From NCBI GenBank assembly GCA_050613775.1, contig JBODTK010000141.1:1-64000 (forward strand): DNA of 64,000 nucleotides, in the 5' to 3' direction. The stretch comes from Neocallimastix sp. 'constans'. Taxonomy: Eukaryota. The translations under genes were made by a program, and so were the position numbers. The number at the start of each line of letters is the position of its first letter. Position 1 is the first letter of the stretch. Positions 56,005-64,000 of this stretch are shown here, one piece after another. The notes beneath the pieces were generated by a model. That model worked only from the letters and a program-made list of their open reading frames with translations. It did not search any database and was not told where the DNA came from.

Positions 56005-59000
56005 TATAATAATTTATAATTTGATGTAAACTGTTTCAAACATAAAATTATAATAATTATAATGAATTAAAATCAATTAAATTTCAATATTAAAATTTTT
56101 CATATTTTTATTCTCATTTCAGTAATGAAAGCTTCTGAATTACTTCTTCATTCAGCAGAATCATTAAAACAAGATACAAAAAGTAAAGAAGGTCGAGATG
56201 TTCTTGTAATTGCTATTCAAAGTATATTATCTGGTATTACGAATGTCTTAGATATCTATGATGAGACTGAAATTCGAAAAATTAAAGCAATATCCAAACA
56301 TATTTGTGATCTTATTGATACAACTAATCAGGAAAAATCAGTTCAGGATTCAATTTCTTTATTACGACAACTTTCTCAATGTTCTATGGCTCTAACCACA
56401 CAAGTAAGTAATAGAATACCAGAACTTTTATCTCAGCGAACTCAATTACGTTTACGTATATCAGTTGATACTATATCAAAAATTACTCCATTACTTTTAA
56501 ATTCATATAAAGCAGAACTTAAAAATTTTGATTCAAATAGTATTACTATTTCAGAAAGTATAATATATAATATTTTAAAGAGAACCTGCCAAGATATTGA
56601 TAAAATAGTCAGTGATAGTGTGCCAGAAAAAATAGAAATTTCAAAAGTAAATTTAAAATCTTCTTCAATCTTATTTTCTTTTTTCTTTTTTTTTTTTAAA
56701 CTATATATAATCAAATAAAAACTTTTTATTTACTATTATTATTATTTTTTTTTATACTTAAATAAAAACATGTAATAAGGGAGGTGTATTGACACAAATG
56801 ATAGATAATGTTAATAATTGTCAATATATATTTCAACAATTGTATTCTAAAAAGAAATATAAAGATGCTTTTGATCTATTAGAAAAGTATCTTTCTAGTT
56901 ATAATTCTGTTTTAAGTTATATTCAAGGTAAAATTACAATGAAATAACATATTATTTATTTATTTATTATTAATATGATATGTTGTATTAATTTTATATG
57001 GATATATATTAAGATCATCTTCCAATTATATACGATCCAAATCAAAAACAAAATATTAGTTCAACAATTGGATTATTGAAAAGAAAAGAAATTGATTTTA
57101 AAGAACAAATTAAAAATTGTCAAGATAATAATTATCCATATTCATTAAGAAATCAATTAGTTGCTGAATTAGATTATCGTACTGAATATCTTCTATATCT
57201 TAAAGATTTATTTAATAAATGTGTGATATCATCTATTGTCGTTATTTCAAATGAAATATCAAATCATACCAATATAGATTCTATCTTTGGAAATTTTGTT
57301 AGTAATGCAAAAGCAGGAACTTTGAAAGAAGCCATATTACAGCCATATCATAAACAACAAATTCAAATGTTTATTCAAAGTCAAAAAGAAATGAAATCTA
57401 TAAAAAAATATAATAATAATAATAATAATGATAATAATATCATTAATAATAATGAAGATGAGAATGAAAATGAGAGTGAATCAATTGTGGAATTAATAAA
57501 TAAAATGGATAAATCAATACCAAGCATAACAGAAAAAGAAAGTTGTACCTTAGTTTATGCTTTAAATACTTATAAAAATCAATTTATATTTATATTAGAA
57601 CGGGTTGTAAATTTATTATCTAATGAAAATTTACAAACACATAAGGATGTTATTTTTAAAAAGATTAGTATTATTGGTCAATTCTATCCACTTCTTTTAA
57701 ATACTAGTTACACTGTTTGCCAAAATCAAGATGATCATAATTTTAGTTTATTTTATGAAGATATCATAAGTACTTGGGAGCATTTTGTGAATGATGTTAA
57801 ATCATATATTATTAATCAAGAAGGTGTATTTTCCATGAAGGATCTCCTGGATAGTTCAAGTATGAATATATTTTAAATATTATTTATTATGCATAATTAA
57901 ATACATATTTTTATTAATTTATTTATTTATAATACTTATTAAATATTTATTATATTTAATTATATATATATAAAAAATATATATTTATTTACTAGGTTTA
58001 AATATTAATGGACATATTAAAGCACTCTGTAAAAATGAAGATATGGAAGATTTACCTTTTGAATATAAATCAATTTTAGCAACAGTAAATCAATTAATTG
58101 ATATTTCAAAAAATGAATATATTAATACAGAAGATCATTCTTATCGTGATAAATTAAAAAAATCAATAAAAGAAATTAAAAATGGTATGTTTTTATTATA
58201 TTTTCTAATTATTATTTAAATAATTATTATTATTATTATTATTATTTATATTTTTAATTTTATTATTATTATTATTATTATTATTTTAACATATATAATA
58301 TTATATTTATAATATATTATAATTTTTAATTAAATTAACATATGAAATAACATATCTATGTATTTATATATAATTAATAATAAAATAATAATTATATATA
58401 TTTATTATTATTATTATTAATTAATTAAATTCTTATTTAAATATTGTATATAAAAATAATAAGAAATGAAATTTATTGGAAAAAATATGAATAATCGTGA
58501 GGTTAATGATTCCACACGTAAAACTTTTGAAAAATTTAATGAAGCGATTAGTGCTGGAGATACTTCATTATTAATATCTGATATGACATTTGCTGATCTT
58601 AGTCAAATGCCATTATCATCAGACCAAAGAGATGAATTGGAAAGATTAAAATTTTCTGAAATTAAAAATCGTTTAACAAAATTGAAAAAAGATGTAGAAA
58701 CGTTGGATCAAATTATTCGTATTAATCGTAAATACGGTATTTCCAAAGAACTTCCACCAGTCCCATCTCCTGCAATGAAACGTAGTTCAAAGTCTGATTA
58801 TCTTCTTACACCAAGTCCTTTAACATTAAATAATAGTAAAAATGGACTCAAATCACCTTTATCCCCAAGAACTTCATTATCTCCGTTATCCCCAAGATCA
58901 CCACTTTCACTTGTTACCATGACTCGTCCTCACCTTCGTCAAAATTCCATATCTAGTAACACTAGTTTCAATACAGGTAATTTAAGTTTTATTTATCAAT

Positions 59001-59212
59001 CCCCATTAGCAGATAAAGATACCATTTTACAACCATTAAATAAAGATGAAGCTATCAATAATCCAATTAAAGTAAATATATATATGTATATATATTCTTT
59101 ATATAATTATATTAAATAAATTATATACATAAAAAATATATATAGATATAAATATTTTATTATTATTATTTATATTAAATAATTAATTAATTATTCTTAT
59201 TATTCTTGCTAT

Positions 59213-59247
<35 letters not shown>

Positions 59248-60148
59248 TTTTAAAAAATATCTAAATATTAAGACCGCTGCTTATGATCTAAAATTAGCGG
59301 CATCAAAATGGAAACATGAGGATAATCCTTTGATTGATAAAGCTAATGTTATTGCTCAAAAATTAGATGAACTTTCCTATTATAATCAAATTATTCGTAG
59401 TAAACCACAAGCAAAAAAGATGCTAATTCGTACCGCTCAAGAAATGATGGATTGTGTTAAAATTTTAAATTATGCAAAAGAAATTAGTGAAACTTGTACA
59501 GATAAACGACTTAAATATCAACTTCTTAATACAGTAGAACGTATCAATACCATAGGTCAACAATTAAAGGTTGTAGTTGCCGTTAAATCCGGTGGTCGAT
59601 TTGATATGGATGGTGATAAACAGTTAGTTATTTGTGCTGGTAATTTGGTAGAAGCTATTAAAAGCTTAATTCATGATTCTGAAGCGGCTTGTCTACGTTC
59701 AAATTATATACAAAAAAGACAAGAAGAAGAGGAAAAAGAAGAAGAAAAAGAAAAAGAAGAAGAAGAAGAAAAAGAAGAAGAAGAAGAAGAAGAAGAAGAA
59801 GAAGGAAAAACAGAACAGAAATTACCTAAAGAAAAAGGAAATTTTAAAGAAACTGAAATGGAAAAGGAAGAAAAGATAAAATTAAGTACTGCTAAATTTA
59901 TGGAAAAGGCAATCTCTATAAAGAAAAAGAAAGAACAAGAAAGAATTGAAAAAGAAGAACAAATAAGAAAGGTTATTGAAGATCAAAAAAGAAAAGCCCA
60001 AGAAGAACAAGAACAAATTAATAAAAAAGAACATTTTGATAATTTAGAGGAAGAAATCATTGAATTTGAAGAAAGTGAATTTATACCGACAGATAAAGTA
60101 TTACCTGATGAACTTTTAAACCAAGAAGATGAGGAAACTTATGAATAA
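55614..60148 (+). CDS. Vinculin/alpha-catenin family protein, about 7 exons, with acidic C-terminal extension
   Basis: The head ILTPVVEVISELIILNEE...PDIT...D.ILQQKMP...ILSGITNVLDIYDETEIRKI parallels vinculin D1. The tail SKWKHEDNPLI...KKMLIRTAQ...AKEISETCTDKRLKYQLLNTVERINTIGQQLKVVVAVKS parallels the vinculin tail. A Pro/Ser-rich hinge precedes the tail. Confidence 0.88.
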
Positions 60149-60226
60149 AAAATATAGATAAAAAAAATTTTTTTTTAATCATTATTAATAATATTTATTT
60201 TATTTTTTTTATTTTATTTTATTTTA

Positions 60227-60262
<36 letters not shown>

Positions 60263-61385
60263 GTATATATATATATATATATATAATTGAATAGATAATA
60301 ATGAAAGTAAATCATCATAATAGTACCATATATTTAAATTAAATTTTTAGAGATTTAGTTTTTTATTTATTTATTTATTTATTTATTATTTATTTATTAT
60401 TTATTAATTTTGTTTTTTATTGATAAATATTTTAATTCCATTCAACTCTATTAATAAAAAAGAATTAGATACTATTAGAAAAAAAAAATATTAAAAACAA
60501 GAATACTTAATGATAAATTTTAATGTAAAATATAATAAAAAAGAAATGTTTTTTTTTTTTTTTTAAACAAAAATATAATTTTAAAAATTTCAATTTTTTT
60601 TTATTTATTAATAACAATAATATTAATATTAATATTAATATATAATAATAATAATAATAAAAAGAAACATTATATGTACAGATAACAAAGGAAAAAAACT
60701 ATTTATATAAAATATTTTTTTTTTTATAGTACTGTAAGATAAAAAAAAAATTTATAATAAATAGAAGTAAAAATTTTAATTAATATTAAAATAAAATTGA
60801 ATGTAAAAATATATATATAAAAAAAATTTATAATTTTAATTATCTTACTATATACGCCACATTTTTTTATTTTATTTATATATATATTATTCATTTAATA
60901 AAAAAATATATAAAATAAACTTCTTTAATCTGAATGAAATTAAATGTATATTCCCTTTTATAGGTGTAATTAAATAAAAGGCAGTTTTATTACTAATTTA
61001 ATAAGATTTAATTAAAGTATCATTATCATATATATATATATAAACCGTTCTAAACTATAATTTTTAATTAATTTTTAACAATTTTTAAATTAAAATTTAT
61101 ATATTAATAAAAAAAAAAAAAAAAAAATAGATAAATATGAAAATTATATTTCCTTTTTTATATTTATAAGATAGTTAATAATTAATATAATATATAAAAT
61201 TCCTATAATAAATTGAAGTAATTGAAGTACTTATATTCAAAAGTAAAATATAATATTGGTATTCTACATAATTAAATAAATATATATAATAATCAATTAA
61301 TCATTATGTTAAGAATTATAATATAAATATATATACATATATTCATCAACAAAATTTTAAAGGTGTTCAGTTTTTTTTTTATATC

Positions 61386-61420
<35 letters not shown>

Positions 61421-61425
61421 ATTAA

Positions 61426-61470
61426 CCTTCGATACTACTAAAAAAAGGTCAAATTAATTAATTCTCTATG

Positions 61471-61502
<32 letters not shown>

Positions 61503-61522
61503 TTTTTTACTAGTATCGAAAG
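61426..61522. mobile_element. piggyBac-type MITE, 97 bp, TTAA target site duplication
   Basis: TTAA at 61422-61425 and 61523-61526. 22-bp TIRs ccttcgatactactaaaaaaag / ctttttttactagtatcgaaag with 2 mismatches. Internal A30 run. Confidence 0.7.
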
Positions 61523-62778
61523 TTAATTTGATATTAAATAATATATATAATATATACCAAAATATGAAATATTATATGTAATATATTTCTTTAATAAAAA
61601 TAAGTGAATTTCTGTAAAAAAAAAAAAAAAAAAAAAAAAAATGAAAAAAAAAATAATAAATAAATAAAAAATTAAAAACGTTTTTCTTATAGAAAATGTG
61701 ATAGAAATATGATTTTTTATATATTATGAATTAATTGATGATATAACAGATAAATTACAAATAAACATTCAGAATTATTTATTAATACCTAATAGCCAGA
61801 AAAGTCAAAAAAGACATTCTATTATAATTCAAATAATAGTATTATAAATATTATTCGTATTATAATTAATGAATACAAACTTTTAAATAAAATCTTCCAC
61901 AATTAAACCAATATCGGAATTTATTGACAATATAAATAATAACATAAACTTTGGAAAGAAGCATAATCAATAAACAGATTAACTATATATTGAATTAAGA
62001 ATTATATGTTAATAATATATAAGTCAAAATTTACATTTTTATTTTTAAAAAAATCCACATATTATTTTAGAAAAATACCAAAAAAAAAAAAAAATTAAAA
62101 ATAAAAAATAAAAAATAAATAAAAAAAAAAAAAAAAAAAAAAACATAAAAGAAAGTTTAATATATTTTATGTAAGTTTAATGCATATATCACGTAAAGTT
62201 GATATTAATATTTTTTACATATTGTCAGTTTAAAAATGATATAATAACATATAATATAAATAATAATGAAATTATTATTAATTTATTATTAATTTATTAT
62301 TATTAAATTATAATCTATTATTTCTATTATTATCTATTATTATCTATTATTATTCATTATTATTATTATTCATTATTAATTATTGTTGTTGTTAAAATAT
62401 TATTTTATTATTATTATTTATTATTGACATGAATTATTATTTATTATTGCTTATCATTGTTATTAATTATTAATTATTATTATTATTATAAGTTATTAAT
62501 TATTGTTTATTTTTTCAATACTGCTATTGTTAAAATAATAATATTATTACTATTATTATTTAATATTGTTAAAATATTATTTTATTGTTCATTATTAAAA
62601 TATTATTATTATTTCTGATTTGGTAGTTTATGAATAATATAGCTTCTTATTGGTAATAGAATTTTTTTAAGATTTAATTAAGATTTATATTTTTTTTTCT
62701 GTACTCCAATCCACATTAAACTAAATTAAAAACTAAATATATTCATTTTATTTTTTCAAAACTTTAATTAATTTTATC

Positions 62779-62809
<31 letters not shown>

Positions 62810-64000
62810 CTTAACAAATAAAAAGAAAATAAAAATATAAATAATTTTTTTTAGTATATATTATATTTAACATTTTTATTTTTATTTTTATTTTATTTTT
62901 ATCATTAATACATTTATCAAAAATTTATATATATGTATAAATGTTCTTTTTTTTTTTAAAAAAAAATATTTAATATATAATTTTTTTATTAATCATTTAT
63001 ATTATATCCTCCATAAGAACCAAACAATTTTTTTTATTATGGTAAATTAAGTTATTTAAATGTTCTACTTTTTTTACTTCATTTCAATAATGCGTCTTTT
63101 TTTTTTTGTTGTTTGTTTGTTTGTTTGTTTGTTTGTTTGTTTAAATCAACATTAATTATATATAAATTATTGATATGAAATTTTTTATTTTTATTTATTA
63201 TTTTTTTTACATATATTATAATAAATTTATTTTGTTATATTTATTATTTTAAATATTTTATTATTATCAGTATAAATATTATTTTTGGTTTTATTAATAT
63301 TAATACTAATATAATTAAATATAGTTAAATTGATTAAAAAAAAGATAAACTATTTTTATTATATCTATTTATACTAATAAATATAAATAAGAACTTTCAT
63401 ATTAAATTATTTATTAATAAATAATATTTTTTTCAATATTACATTAAAATATTTATTAATAAATGAAACTTTTTAAAGTATCATTGTATATTAGAGATTC
63501 TAATGAAAACCATCTACACCTATTGAATTTTGTAAATAAAAAAAATATATATATCTTTATTCTTTATATGAAATTAATAGTTCATTTTTTATAATTAATT
63601 ACCAAATTAGATCAAACTAATTTTGTCACACCTGTACAATAATGAATATAAAACTTTTTTATTTTTATTTTTATTTTTTTAATAATTCTTTAATTACAAT
63701 TAGCATTGTAGAACTGATTTTGGAAATTATAATTTCCATACATAATATAATAAAAATACTAGATAATCATATAATAAATTATATTTTATTATATTTTATA
63801 TATATTATAATTTAATTTTTAATATAATTATTCTTAATTTACTAAAAATTTTTTTCTATTTTTATTAATACTTCTTTTTTCTATAAATTGTAATATATTA
63901 TTTAATTATACATAATTATAAATTAAATAATATTTTAATATATCATTTAATTATACATAATTATAAATTAAATAGTATTTTAATATATCAAATTTATTTA

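Noticed and set aside
29529..60148. Downstream genes as members of a PKS biosynthetic cluster (e.g. DHHC acyltransferase as a tailoring enzyme)
   Set aside because: They are ordinary eukaryotic signalling or cytoskeletal families. The DHHC gene is 26 kb away, and nothing in the sequence links them to the PKS.
60200..64000. Possible gene at the right end
   Set aside because: No spliceable coding signal was recognised, only AT-rich spacer, simple repeats and the MITE.

Overview
Very AT-rich, intron-containing eukaryotic DNA with long poly(A/T) and (ATT)n tracts. The composition and gene set point to an anaerobic gut fungus (Neocallimastigomycota); this is an inference. Six protein-coding genes can be reconstructed. 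(1) A 5-exon, ~4289-aa megasynthase at 9811-23399 (+): a complete PLP-dependent alpha-oxoamine synthase (AOS; BioF/KBL/serine-palmitoyltransferase family) fused to the N-terminus of a reducing type I PKS (KS-AT-DH-ER-KR), followed by ten tandem ACPs and no thioesterase. The ORF track misses the first four exons. (2) A charged-helix protein ending in a CaaX box (-). (3) An F-box/WD40 protein. (4) A LIM + RapGAP protein. (5) A DHHC palmitoyltransferase (-). (6) A vinculin/alpha-catenin family protein. The gene-free flanks of the PKS hold several transposon relics: a LINE 3' remnant, a Mutator-like element with a 9-bp TSD, hairpin+poly(A) retroposon tails, and a ~135-bp GC-rich fragment resembling a plant Tat/Retand gypsy retrotransposon. 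A TTAA-flanked piggyBac-type MITE lies near the right end. The best candidate for an undescribed system is the stand-alone AOS-PKS-(ACP)10 fusion, plausibly a one-polypeptide sphingoid-base/aminolipid synthase.
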